DNA of 62,587 nt, the filler included, from Stramenopiles sp. TOSAG23-2 (lineage: Eukaryota): NCBI GenBank assembly GCA_900128395.1. It is 42 parts of 42 records of this genome, joined end to end, with 100 filler letters (N's around TTAATTAATTAA, not from the genome) between each part and the next. Parts side by side here need not be neighbours in the genome. Positions count along the whole stretch, not along the records: positions 11,983 to 13,379 come from LT652994.1; positions 13,480 to 14,876 come from LT652995.1; positions 14,977 to 16,373 come from LT652996.1; positions 16,474 to 17,870 come from LT652997.1; positions 17,971 to 19,367 come from LT652998.1; positions 19,468 to 20,863 come from LT652999.1; positions 20,964 to 22,359 come from LT653000.1; positions 22,460 to 23,854 come from LT653001.1; 34 more parts are not named here. The stretch is one strand, 5' to 3'. This document shows positions 12,035 to 24,123 of this stretch, in pieces. The notes below the pieces were generated by a model. The model was not told where the DNA came from and ran no database searches. It saw only the letters and a list, made by a program, of their open reading frames with translations. The number at the start of each line of letters is the position of its first letter. Position 1 is the first letter of the stretch. The position numbers and the translations under genes were made by a program.

Positions 12035-12880
12035 CTAACTGTTGCTGGAGGTCCATATGTTGCCACCATACGCAGCCGCTGCCAGCTTCGTCCCGTCTGC
12101 CGAGGAGGTGATACCCCACCAATCTTTCGTCGCACCAGAGTCCGCCCAAGTCGCACCACTGTTGCTGGAGGTCCATATGTTGCCACCATACGCAGCCGCC
12201 GCCAGCTTCGTTCCGTCTGCCGAGGAGGTGATAGTCGCCCACTTTTTCGTCGCACCAACGGAGGTATCTTCCGTCCAGGTCGCGCCGCTGTTGCTGGAGG
12301 TCCATATGTTGCCCGGCCACACAGTCGCCGCCAACTTCGTCCCGTCGTTCGAGGAGGTAATACCCACCCAATCTTTCGTCGCACCAACGGAGGTAACTTC
12401 CGTCCAGTTCGCACCGCTGTTGCTGGAGGTCCATATGTTGCCAGAAGACACAACCGCCGCCAGCTTCGTCCCGTCTGCCGAGGAGGTGATACCCCGCCAA
12501 TCTTTCGTCGCACCAACGGAGGTAACTTCCGTCCAGTTCGCACCGCTGTTGCTGGAGGTCCATATGTTGCCAGAAGACACAACCGCCGCCAGCTTCGTCC
12601 CGTCTGCCGAGGAGGTGATACCCCGCCAATCTTTCGTCGCACCAACGGAGGTAACTTCCGTCCAGTTCGCACCGCTGTTGCTGGAGGTCCATATGTTGCC
12701 ACCATTCATAGTCGCCGCCAGCTTCGTTCCGTCTGCCGAGGAGGTTATACCCCGCCAATCTTTCGTCGCACCAACGGAGGTATCTTCCGTCCAGACTTTA
12801 CCGGCGGCAGCAGCAGATCCGTGGTCCGCGCTGAGCAGCAAGATCAAGCAAACGGACAAGAGAGTGTTCATGGCATGCAT
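12035..12880 (-). CDS. Secreted Asp-box/BNR-repeat beta-propeller protein (42-aa repeats), GC-rich
   Basis: Signal peptide MNTLLSVCLILLLSA is followed by ~6 near-identical repeats WTEVTSVGATKDWRGITSSADGTKLAAVVSSGNIWTSSNSGA, each with an SxxxGxxW Asp-box. The ORF stops mid-repeat. Confidence 0.8.
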   Translation of the reverse strand: MHAMNTLLSVCLILLLSADHGSAAAAGKVWTEDTSVGATKDWRGITSSADGTKLAATMNGGNIWTSSNSGANWTEVTSVGATKDWRGITSSADGTKLAAVVSSGNIWTSSNSGANWTEVTSVGATKDWRGITSSADGTKLAAVVSSGNIWTSSNSGANWTEVTSVGATKDWVGITSSNDGTKLAATVWPGNIWTSSNSGATWTEDTSVGATKKWATITSSADGTKLAAAAYGGNIWTSSNSGATWADSGATKDWWGITSSADGTKLAAAAYGGNIWTSSNS

Positions 12881-13479
12881 GGTTAAAAGATAGTAATGGC
12901 GTGTGGATAAAAAGGTTTGTATTGTTGTGGGGTATTTCGAAACAGTGTTTGTCGTAGTTACAATTGAGCTCCATTTAGATAATCCTCCTTTGAGTTTACT
13001 TTCACTTCTTTGTATATTTTTCCGAGTCTCTAATTTAATCATAACCACAGTTCCAAAACTAACACCAACAGGAACTTTAAAAGGGTAATAGATTTCCAGT
13101 TTTGGATTTCTATTTCCAACACACCTCAAATATTGGTTGAAATCTCTGGTCTAAGTAAGGAGTAGTTGTATACTAGAAATATTTACCTATATAATATGTT
13201 ATTTATCAATATCGGCCAGAAAAGTCCTCTCTCAGATACACCGGGTCATATATAAAATTTCTCTTTACTCATATACATTTAAATGTTTTTAAAGAGAGTG
13301 GTCTCTCCTATACACGTATATTTATATTAATTTTTTAAAAATACGATGAAATTGTAGATAATTTTTAAAAATAAACAACNNNNNNNNNNNNNNNNNNNNN
13401 NNNNNNNNNNNNNNNNNNNNNNNTTAATTAATTAANNNNNNNNNNNNNNNNNNNNNNNNNNNNNNNNNNNNNNNNNNNN

Positions 13480-13746
13480 ATTACGACGTTTCATATGATT
13501 AATTGAATCCATTGTTTTCGATCCAGGCTTTGTTGCTGGTGGTGGTGGTTTTGTAAAGAAATTTGACCATCGTCGTTGCATACCTTGTCTACGTTTATTA
13601 TTCTCTGATGGTGAGAATTGAACAATACGTGTATCACGATTACCCATTTTTGGTGTTTTGGAATTACCAGTACTATTCGACAAACGCTTTTTTCGATCAT
13701 ATATTCCTTCTTCTGAACCATCCCCATCTTCACTAGATTTAGACAT
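13480..13746 (-). CDS. N-terminus of unknown protein (disordered)
   Basis: ATG at 13746 gives MSKSSEDGDGSEEG..., open to the contig edge. Divergent from the gene at 14586. Confidence 0.55.
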
Positions 13747-14585
13747 TTCAGACAACGTTGGCTCTTCCTGTATCACTAGTATATATATAAATATATGCAA
13801 GGTAGAGACAAAAGTAATATTCAAAAAACGATGGTTAAATTAAATATGATATGTATATAAATCAAATATGATATATATGACTGACTAATGGACGTATATC
13901 CCTATGTATTGTATTAAATAATATATGTACATACCAGTATGTATAAATAATATATGTCTTAGTTAATTTTATTAATGCTAATGTATTATAATTTGTTATA
14001 ATAATTTGTTGTTTTATATTGTATAATACGATACTTGCAATGCTATTTGCCTGTATTTATGCAACGTGTCGAAACAAGAATAAATAACTCCTAAAATAAA
14101 ACTCGAGCCAGGATCCATACTGTATGTACGAATAGCACTGTGCTTTGTACTCCCTACTGTCGTCAGATGATTGTTGCCTAACTTGCACCACTTCTCACTG
14201 AAATTGGATCGTTTTAGCAATCCTGTGTCCATAGTAAAATAAATGCTAGCATAGGAGTACGCCTAAAATCAATAGCATGGACACAGTATTGGGGGTATCA
14301 ATTTTTGGTATTAGGCGATTTAGATTACGATATATTCTACCAATTCACGTAAAGTAAATCGACGACAATATTAAAGCAAAATAAAAACACCAAAAAAAAA
14401 GGGGGCGACGGAAGGTCGAAGGAAGGTGCGAAGGGGAAAATAACGCTATTTACTATAGGGGAAAATATAGTCTTAATAATATTAGAAAACATATACATAT
14501 ACAATTACAATACGTTGATATCACAAATAGATACATACGTACATACATATATATATATACATATACACATTCATATTAAACAAAG

Positions 14586-14876
14586 ATGAATATGTTATTA
14601 CGTATAGTGTTACTATGCTGTATTGTAGCCATTGCAATGGCTGCAAATTTAAAAGGCAGTAATAATTCAGACAAAAAAATTATGAAGAAATTAAAAAGCC
14701 AAGGTTATAAACCAATAGGTGGTGGTTATTGGCAAAATAGTTTTGATTACTTCTTTGCGAATGGTGCACATGATCCAAAATTATGGAGTAAAATGGGAGA
14801 TGTAGCCGGTAACGTAAAATATTTAGGTGCTGGATATGCAGCTGATTCGTTCAATGGGTATTTTCGTGGAAAGAAA
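14586..14876 (+). CDS. Secreted protein with DKNYY-like repeats (3' partial)
   Basis: Signal peptide, then IGGGYWQNSFDYFF and YLGAGYAADSFNGYFRGKK, resembling the GYaxDxxxxYxxG DKNYY unit. Confidence 0.6.
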
Positions 14877-14976
14877 NNNNNNNNNNNNNNNNNNNNNNNN
14901 NNNNNNNNNNNNNNNNNNNNTTAATTAATTAANNNNNNNNNNNNNNNNNNNNNNNNNNNNNNNNNNNNNNNNNNNN

Positions 14977-16372
14977 CAAATTTTTCATCCATTTGCTGTG
15001 CCTCTCTCATGGCTTTTTCCATATCTTTTACGGCTGCATTTCTGTCAGCCGCAGATTCTGATTTTGGGTTTTTCTTTGCGTCTGCACGTAATTTAGCTAA
15101 CTCATCCGCAAGCCGCTTTGCTTTCAATGCATCTTGCTGTATTTGTAATAATGCATCTAATGATAGTTCGTCATCGTCACTATCCATAGCATCACTATCT
15201 TGATCGCTAAAATTTTCCATTAAATCAACTGGCTTCTTCGGTATCTCCTCTGGTTGTTCTTCTACAATCTCCACACTGTCTTCAACAGCTTCCTCCTCTT
15301 CTTCATCCTCCTCATCATCTTCGTTCTCACCGTCATTGCCTTCATCATCATCGTTCTGCTCAAGAGCATTTTCTTCTCCTTCCATTAATCCATGAACATC
15401 CTCCGCTTCATCGCTATCCCCTTCAACTTCTTCATCATCTTCGTGGTCAGCTTCACTATCTCCCTGTTCCTCGTCGCTATCTTTTTCGCTTGTTTCTTCT
15501 ATTTCTTCCTCCTTCTCTTCATCGGGTTTAATTTCTTCCTTTTTAACTTCCACTGGTACTGTTTCTATTTCCACAGTTTCATTTGATTCTTCTTTCTTTA
15601 AAGCATCAGTATCTTCTACAGATACGTCGTTTTCTTCAATAGCCTTTTCTTCAATAGGAGTTGAATCTATTTTTGCATCTTCCTCAACTTCCTCTTTACT
15701 ATTTTCTGTTACTATCTCTTCCTTTTTTTTGTCTTCTTTTTCTTCATCTTGTTCTTCCTTTACAGTAATAGCTTCTTCCTGTTTTTCTTCTTCAACTACG
15801 ACTGGCTCTACTTCCTTTTCCACAACAACAACTTGTTGTTCTTGTCCTTGTTGCTCTTGTTGTTCTTGTTGCTCTTGTTCAATTTCATTCCCTTTCTCTG
15901 GCTCCACTATAGCTTCTTCGATCTCTTCTTTTTCCGGTGTTGCAATTGGTTTTGTGGCTTCTATCTTCTCCTCTTCCACTATGTTTGATTCAGTATCTTC
16001 CACTGTATCTTCAACATCAGTTTTAACAACATCAGCAGAGGGCTTTAACTGGTCCACCTGAGAGACTTTTTGCTCTGGGGCAACATTAGTATCAGTCTTT
16101 TCTTTCGTAGACTCTTCATGCTGTTCTACTACCTTGTCGTTCTTGTCTTCTTCTTGTTCTTCTACGGCAGTGGCTATAGGTTCGGCTGTAGCTTCAAAGG
16201 TTTTTTCGATTTCTACAATTGGGGCTTCTGTCCCTTTTTCAACCGGTGTTTCAGCTTGCTCATCTTCCTTCTTTTCAATTAAATCATCCTTTTGCTTTTC
16301 TTCTTTGGGGGCAATCGATTTTTCTTTTGCTTCTACAATTGAATTTTCAATTTCAATATTGGCACCCTCATC
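14977..16372 (-). CDS. Large acidic E/D/K-rich low-complexity protein (partial at both ends)
   Basis: The frame continues upstream of the track's GTG start (…APEQKVSQV…). Coiled-coil-like at the 3' end. Confidence 0.8.
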
Positions 16373-16517
16373 CNNNNNNNNNNNNNNNNNNNNNNNNNNN
16401 NNNNNNNNNNNNNNNNNTTAATTAATTAANNNNNNNNNNNNNNNNNNNNNNNNNNNNNNNNNNNNNNNNNNNNATTTTGAATGAAAAAATTCTAACTTTC
16501 CATTTTTATATTTACAG

Positions 16518-17223
16518 TCCAGAATCAGTATTGAAAAAAAAACGCCGTAATGAAAAATTAGCAGCAGAAGCAGCAGCTAAAAAGAAAGCAGGCAAAACTG
16601 CACGTCGTGCAGCACGCGCTGGTGCATACAAACGCGCAGAGCAATACGTAAAAGAATACAAAGCTCTTGAAAAAGCAAACATCCGCATGAGACGTCAAGC
16701 ACGTGCATCCGGTAACTTTTTCTATGAACCAGAAGCAAAAATTGCTTGTGTTGTTCGTATTCGTGGTATCATCGGTATCCCACCAAAAACACGTAAAATT
16801 TTACAATTGTTACGTTTGCGTCAAATCCACAACTGTGTATTAGTACGTATGAACAAAGCAACGCTTAACATGCTTCGTTTAGTAGAGCCATACATTGCAT
16901 ACGGTTACCCAAACTTGAAGACTGTACGCCAATTAGTTTACAAACGTGGCTACGGTAAAATCAACAAACAAAGAATTGCTTTGACTGATAACAGTATCAT
17001 TGAAGGTCAACTTGGAAGTAAAGGTATTGCATGTGTAGAAGATTTGATTCATGAATTATTCACATGTGGTCCAAACTTCAAACAAGCAAACAACTTTTTA
17101 TGGCCATTCAAATTGTCTAGCCCAAGAGGTGGATACCGCAAGAAACTTATCCATTTCAATGAAGGTGGTGATGCAGGTAACAGAATGGATAAAATCAATG
17201 CATTTGTTCAACGTATGCTTTAA
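16518..17223 (+). CDS. RPL7: 60S ribosomal protein L7 (uL30), last exon
   Basis: PESVLKK..., [41 protein letters not shown]. Preceded by intron acceptor TTTACAG ending at 16517. Confidence 0.98.
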
Positions 17224-17381
17224 ATTAGTACTAACGTGTGTGTATCAATAAAATATTTTATGCATATTTAGCTTAAAGATAACAGAATGGATAAAATCAA
17301 TGCATTTGTTCAACGTATGCTTTAAATTTGTGTAGGCGTGTGTGTATCAATAAAATATTTTATGCATATTTAGCTTAAAGA
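17178..17381 (+). repeat. Tandem duplication (~102 bp) of the RPL7 last codons, stop and 3' UTR
   Basis: TAACAGAATGGATAAAATCAATGC...TAGCTTAAAGAT occurs twice, differing only just after the stop codon. Confidence 0.9.
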
Positions 17382-17970
17382 TGAGAGAGAGAAATTGTGT
17401 GTGTGGCATCGTAAACAACATCTCGTAAAAATAAAATATGTTTTTTAAAAAAAAAGTACGCGTATACGGTAAAACACATTTTTATAAACAAGGAGAGATA
17501 ATTTACATCAAATACGAATTTCCCGCGCACATTTATCCATTTACAGTGTGTGTGTGTTTTATCTTTCTCACGTATGATATACACACTCGTATTTTTTAAA
17601 TTATCACACACCTCTCCCACGCGTTCCTCCCGCCGCTTTTATGAATTTTTGGAAATATGAAGTGGGTTTATAATTGATACTTTTACCAAGTTATCCTCCT
17701 CCTCTTCTTCCTCATTATTTTTCCTATTTTCTTCAAGTGAAGCGGCTCTTTTCATCCTTCGCTCAGGCTCTTTCTGTATAGCTTTCTTTAAAAATTTCAA
17801 AACATGATCTAAACTTAATCTTTCGTCCATATGTTGTACCCAACATTCTGATATAAGCTCAATATAACTCNNNNNNNNNNNNNNNNNNNNNNNNNNNNNN
17901 NNNNNNNNNNNNNNTTAATTAATTAANNNNNNNNNNNNNNNNNNNNNNNNNNNNNNNNNNNNNNNNNNNN

Positions 17971-19366
17971 TACCGACGCCATCGGCTGGATGAACGACTT
18001 GCATCCACTTTCATATGCAGGCAATACCATTGGAAAGTAATGGCATTGCAAGCATTGGTACCACCCTTCATTGTGTTCTTTTGGTGAGTGGGAACTAATG
18101 TACCAGCGCCTTTCAGTACTCGTTGCAGTGACCCGATGCCCTATAAATTCTGCATACGCATCCAGGATGTCTGGTAGCATCTCAAATAACAACGGATCGT
18201 GTGCTTTAATCTTGCCATCCGTTGTCAAATCCCAATCAAAATGAGCTTTCTTCTTGGATTTCTTATGTTCTCGTTTGTAAATATGAATCCCATTTGAATG
18301 CACAACAATGTTGAGTCCATCGTTGATAAAGGGCAATTCCGCTAGCAATTTTTGACGAGCGTTCCAATCTCGTACGCTCATTACATTTGTTGTGTACACC
18401 AGCGGCTGACGGCATTTGCACCAATACGATGTCAACATTGGCATCAATAAGGCTATGTATCGTGCACGATTTTTTCCGCTCAGACGAAAACGCTGCTTTG
18501 CCATTAACACAATGATCGGCTCAAGTGCATCCCCTACAATGGTAGGATTTTCATAGTGAGTGGAGCTTTCTTTCGCCCATCGATGCGCAACAGCATACCC
18601 AGCCACCATGTAGTTGACCCATCGTTTTCCCTCTTTGCTTTGTAGTAAAAACGTGGCAAATTGTTTCCATGTGCTAATCACATTGTTGCCCATCCGATCT
18701 TTTACTTGCCACAAGNNNNNNNNNNCGCTGAAAGGTCGTTGTATCTGTCTTGTTTGGTTTGTATCCATCCTTCCTTTCCACGGTTGGTTTGAAATATCGA
18801 ACATCCTTGCGGTTTCTACGCATTTTGATAAAGTCGTCTTTGGTTTTCTTCGGATACATTGACATCCATTCTCCGTTTTCGGATGTGGTACCGGTCCAAT
18901 CTCGAACTGCTTGCTTTGCCGCTTTGTCCACTACAAACTTGTAATCTGGCAACTTGGATCGTTCCGTTTTCCTCTTTTTACACAGTTTGCAATGCGATTC
19001 AATACTTTGTACCATTTCAATGATGGATTCTCCATCGAACGTTTTCACCGGTATATCCAATTGATACGCTAAAAAACACAATGCATGCCACAACGCTTTG
19101 CATTTGCCGCCCGTCGAATGCCCCGACTCTGTACGGCTAATACCGAGCGTTATGCCATCGTTCACTCGTTCGATCAAACGTGCTCCTGTGACTCGGGGTT
19201 GACCATCTTCATCGACATTTCCCTTCCAAAATGCAGCAATGGCTTCCGACATCTTCTTGTCCATGTTGTTAGCTGCCTTTTCGGGCTGGTAATGCGCTTT
19301 TGCGTCTTGCAAATACTGCAGCATGTTGCGTGGAATGTTCGGTAACTTCTTCTGCTTTACCTTCTT
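17971..19366 (-). CDS. Unknown large protein of atypical composition, split by a 10-N scaffold gap; possible tyrosine-recombinase-like C-terminal half
   Basis: Two long frames meet at the gap 18716..18725. The contig is fully coding, more GC-rich than its neighbours and lacks host poly-Asn/(TA)n tracts. Confidence 0.6.
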
Positions 19367-20093
19367 TNNNNNNNNNNNNNNNNNNNNNNNNNNNNNNNNN
19401 NNNNNNNNNNNTTAATTAATTAANNNNNNNNNNNNNNNNNNNNNNNNNNNNNNNNNNNNNNNNNNNNCAATTATCATTTAATAATATACTTTCAACTACT
19501 TTATCATCCTCCTCCTTCTCTAACGGTATAATAACACTATGTGTAAATATTAAAACAACAAGAATCAATATATTTTCACTTTGAATGAAATATAAGCATA
19601 ATAATTTTTCAATAAAAGACGTTTCTTGTTGTTTATGTTGATGCAAAAATATATTATTGTTTTTATTACTACTACTATGCTTACATATTAATATGTTCAA
19701 TAATTCTAATAAAAATACTTTAGAGATCAAATGATAACAATTACCATCGAAAAAGTATTTGCAAATTATGTTGAAACTTTGGAAAGTGTTATTATTAGAA
19801 CCACCTTCTTTTTGTAATGATAATAAATGACGTGTTGTCCTTCAATAATGTTTGTAACGATGTGATAATATCATTCATTTGATCCATCTTGCATTTAAGC
19901 CACTCTATGTATATCCTTACGTAACCACCTGATGATCACTATCATTAGCAAGATATTTTGAAACAATAAAAAAGAAAGGGGGAGGGGGATCACGTAGATT
20001 TACACACTGATATCAAATCCATTTGTTTCTTTCATATGTACATTGTAACATCTTATTGCTTTTCCATATATATATAAATATATATATATATTT

Positions 20094-20257
20094 CTTACAC
20101 ATGGAAAAATTTGTGAAATTCTTATTAAGTATATATATTTGTATACTAATATATTATCAAATCAAATGCTAATCTTAGTATACAATTATATATACTTAAT
20201 ATATTTTAAAAGAAAGAATTTCAAGAATGAACGATTTTTCAGAAATGTTTCCGTACG
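20094..20257. mobile_element. Fold-back/MITE-like element, family A copy 2 (decayed)
   Basis: Shares TATTAAGTATATATATTTGTATACTAATA, TCTTAGTATACAA, TATATACTTAATAT and ATGAACGATTT with 1821..2002. Confidence 0.7.
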
Positions 20258-20808
20258 AATGTAATATATGTACAGTACACATCTTCCATGCTGCGCCCCT
20301 GTGTTTCAGGGCAAAATTGGATCGTTAGGCTATGTCCTGGTAAATAATAGCATAGGAGTACGCCTAAAGCCGGAGACAGGATTTGTCAGTTAAAACGTAT
20401 AACGATGTTAACCCAAAATGCTAGCCCGGCTAGCTCTAGCAAGGCTATAGCTCTAGCTATAAATAGCTAAGCTAAGACTGTATTTATTATAAAAAATACA
20501 ATATACTCTGTACATGATATACTCCTCCATCACAACGATTGTAAAGAGTGTGTACATGTGTATCTATCACAATCACAAGAAGAAAATAAGAATTGAGATC
20601 ATATATTCAGAAAACAATAGGGATAGAGAAGGAGGAGGATGATAAAGTAGTTGAAAGTATATTATTAAATGATAATTGTTGTGGTAAATTATTATTCAAC
20701 AAGATATTATTTAACAACAGTAGGAACAACGTGAAAAGTAATCACAACATTTTTAATATATTACTACATGATAAATTGAAAATAAACCAGAATGATTTTA
20801 GGTATAAC

Positions 20809-20856
<48 letters not shown>

Positions 20857-20963
20857 TATAAAANNNNNNNNNNNNNNNNNNNNNNNNNNNNNNNNNNNNN
20901 NNNNNNNTTAATTAATTAANNNNNNNNNNNNNNNNNNNNNNNNNNNNNNNNNNNNNNNNNNNN

Positions 20964-22357
20964 CTTCTCCTTGTTTTCCTATTACCATCGTCCTCCTCAT
21001 CATCTTCATTTAATTGGTCATCTTTCTCTTCTTTCCCACTACCCAGGGATTTCCTGCTTCCTCTGCCAACAGTTTCATCAAATATATTCTTTAACCTAGG
21101 ATTGCTTTTTCCTAACGATGAACGCAAGGATTTTGCAAAATTTTCCCTACGTTTATTTCGTTTATCTTCAATCATTTGACGCTGCTCCTCGTTCAATTCT
21201 ACACCATCGAATATCGCAGTCTCATCTAATTCACCATCTTTCGTCATTAAAGATTGCACTGGCAAAGCATCCCCAAGCTCTTGTTTCCCTGCATCTACTT
21301 TATCTCTATCTGCTTCTAACAACAATATTGGCGCACCATCTTCGTAACTGCACATAGCTACAACATGTTGTGACTTATGCCAAGCAACACCGCATAACGA
21401 ACCACCGAAACGATGTGTAACTAATTCATTTTTGTACGAAGCGGTACTTCGAGTATACCAAATAAATGCATGGCCTTCTTCTGATCCAGCAATAACCCAG
21501 CGGCCATCAGCACTAAAACAACTACCGATGTTTGTCATCCCACTTCGTACACCGGTAAATCCACCATGTATTAGTTTATAACGTTTTAACTCTACTATGC
21601 GTATAATGTTTTGTTCCGCATGAATCAGCAAATGCTCCCGGCAGAAATCTATCGAGTGAATTGGCATTTTTTCCACCACGTCCAATTTTTTCAATAAAGT
21701 ATATGATGATGGCTCAGTCAAATCACCATGGCAACGCCATACAATCACAACTCCTTGCGCATCTGCTGATATCAACTTTAACCCTCGATTATCAAATGTC
21801 AAACAATTAATACGCGTCTTGTGAAAACCTTCTCTAAGCTTACCATATAATCGGGCATCTACTTTCCCGTGGTATTGATCCGACGGTGTAGCATTCCATA
21901 AACGAATGTTGCCATCGAATGCACATGATAAAACAACAGGTGGATCGGCATGGGGGTGAAACACGGCGCTGTAGACGTAACATGGTGGGCTATGTACTAG
22001 CGTGACAACTTGCGCACTTGCTTCAGCAGCTGCAGTGCGTTGCGCTGTCCTAGGTGTCATTCCGCCATCATCATTTTCGCCACCACCCAGCTCATCATCG
22101 CTATCATTTTTCTTTTTCAAGTCTTGCGGATCTTCCCATGCAGTTGCTGGTATCGCCCATAATTTCACTGTGCCATCCCCCGATGCAGTAGCTAGCATTT
22201 TGTCACCTTTCATCCACCGAAGCGTGTACACAATTGCATGATGACCTAAAAAATCACCAAATGACCAAGGTTTCCCTGTGTCTACTTCATATATTGAAAC
22301 GGGATACATCAAATCATCTTTGCAAGATGCAGCTAAAAATTTTCCACTATGTGAAAA
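20964..22357 (-). CDS. AHI1: Jouberin, ciliary transition-zone WD40 protein (partial at both ends)
   Basis: Colinear AHI1 motifs: FSHSGKFLAASC, YPVSIYE, GHHAIVYTLRW, YVYSAVFHP, HKTRINCLTFD, GVVIVW, LLIH, AGSEEG, VAMCSY..PILL. Confidence 0.88.
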
Positions 22358-22904
22358 TGNNNNNNNNNNNNNNNNNNNNNNNNNNNNNNNNNNNNNNNNN
22401 NNNTTAATTAATTAANNNNNNNNNNNNNNNNNNNNNNNNNNNNNNNNNNNNNNNNNNNNTGATACACAAATATATAGAAACGCACACCACATCAAGAATA
22501 ATATATATTTTGTTTTTTTTTTATTTATTATGAAATTATATGTGCTGGTGTGCAATCCTGGCAATTCCTAATAATAATAATAATAATTTTTTTGAAAAAT
22601 GCTACTATTGGATGGACGTTATAATAATATTGCTGGATTATGCTAATGCATGTGATAATGTGTGTATATTTTGTACTGAAATTACTAACACTACTGTATT
22701 CGACTCCTATCACCATAATATCATATATCATGTGACACCCTATGTAATTTCTGTAGTCTACTAAGCTTATTTCAGAGAAGTGCACCTTTTTTACACTACC
22801 ACTTGCAAATCCGGGGGATGCATGTGCAGTGTCCACATATTAATGTAATCCTGGTAATGATACTGTGAACAGTCGTCTTACTTTGTAACGATTGAGTTTG
22901 TGTT

Positions 22905-23456
22905 GTGTCTTATATATGCAGAGAAATGTTAAGCAATCATCTCATATATACCCAATATCATCGTAAATTATATCAAAAACAAATCATGACGATGATGATA
23001 ATTATATTGATGATAATTATTGGAAATGTAGACGTTTACTTACCAGTTGATAAAGATAACAAAGTTTTGTCTAGGCCAAAAGATAATAAAGCTGTATATG
23101 TAAGAAGTTCGCGTGGCACGTTGTATGCAGTTAATGTGACGAATGGTGCCTTGCTCTTTCAATTTAATGTTGGGCCACGTCTACATTCACATCCAATCCA
23201 TGATTTAAATGATAATACGAATATAGACAAGTACTGGGTGAGTTCAAATTCAGGTACATTATATCATTTAACATGCCCAAAAGATGCTCATATTGTACTA
23301 AATCGCATTGTATACGTATGCCCAGAACTTACGATAGTAGAACCAACGCAAAATGATTTATGCAATGATTTGGAAAGGCCGTGTGTGGCAGTGCAAAAAC
23401 TAAAGCAATTAAGAAAAGAAGGGGAATGGGTTTCACATAAAAATTTAATCAATTGA
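22905..23456 (+). pseudogene. PQQ-like beta-propeller fragment, probably disrupted
   Basis: VYVRSSRGTLYAVNVTNGALLFQF resembles a PQQ repeat. The ORF's N-terminus (MMIIILMIII) looks like the out-of-frame reading of an NHDDDDNYIDDN tract. Confidence 0.45.
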
Positions 23457-24123
23457 TACGGTAATCTAGGTACCTGTATTTTATAATATTTGATGTATAA
23501 TAATAATGATTTATATTATTTTTTTATTATTATTCTTAGAAGCCATCATAAGATATTATTAATATAATATATCGTCGTGCTTGTGCTCAAAAAATAATAT
23601 ATACTTTATATATATATATACATTTGAAATTAGTTTAACCTATAATATCTGTATACAACAAACGAGCACAAATCCGTTTATTAAATGTAAATCTAACATG
23701 TATATGTATTATTCTAAGAGACTATTATGCCATTCCAAACCAAGATTACGAGGAAAGTTAAATTATGATAAAAAAAATAATATATACAAATGGAGTCATA
23801 ACAAAAAAAGAAGGACGGGCAAAAGAGGAAAAGACCAAGCAAGCTGCTGAAGATNNNNNNNNNNNNNNNNNNNNNNNNNNNNNNNNNNNNNNNNNNNNTT
23901 AATTAATTAANNNNNNNNNNNNNNNNNNNNNNNNNNNNNNNNNNNNNNNNNNNNAAAGGTATTTTCAATGTTTTTCCTTTGTTTTCATGTAATGAAATGA
24001 AAAATCCATGAGATGGTAGATGTAAATCAAGAATTTAGGTTGAAAATGCTAGTTTTTATGAAATTTGATAAAAAATATGCGAGTTGTAATGGTATGTACT
24101 GTTAAATATATATTTTGTACAGG

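Noticed and set aside
11935..12893. Three long overlapping ORFs in alternative frames and on the opposite strand
   Set aside because: They are shadows of a GC-rich, stop-poor 126-bp tandem repeat. Only one frame gives a signal peptide and Asp-box motifs.
12881..13129. N-terminal extension of the 364-aa track ORF from a TTG start
   Set aside because: It has a non-ATG start and AT-rich composition unlike the repeat gene, and the signal peptide begins at 12880/12871.
15009..16425. Plus-strand S/F/L-rich ORFs
   Set aside because: Antisense shadows of the Glu-rich minus-strand gene.
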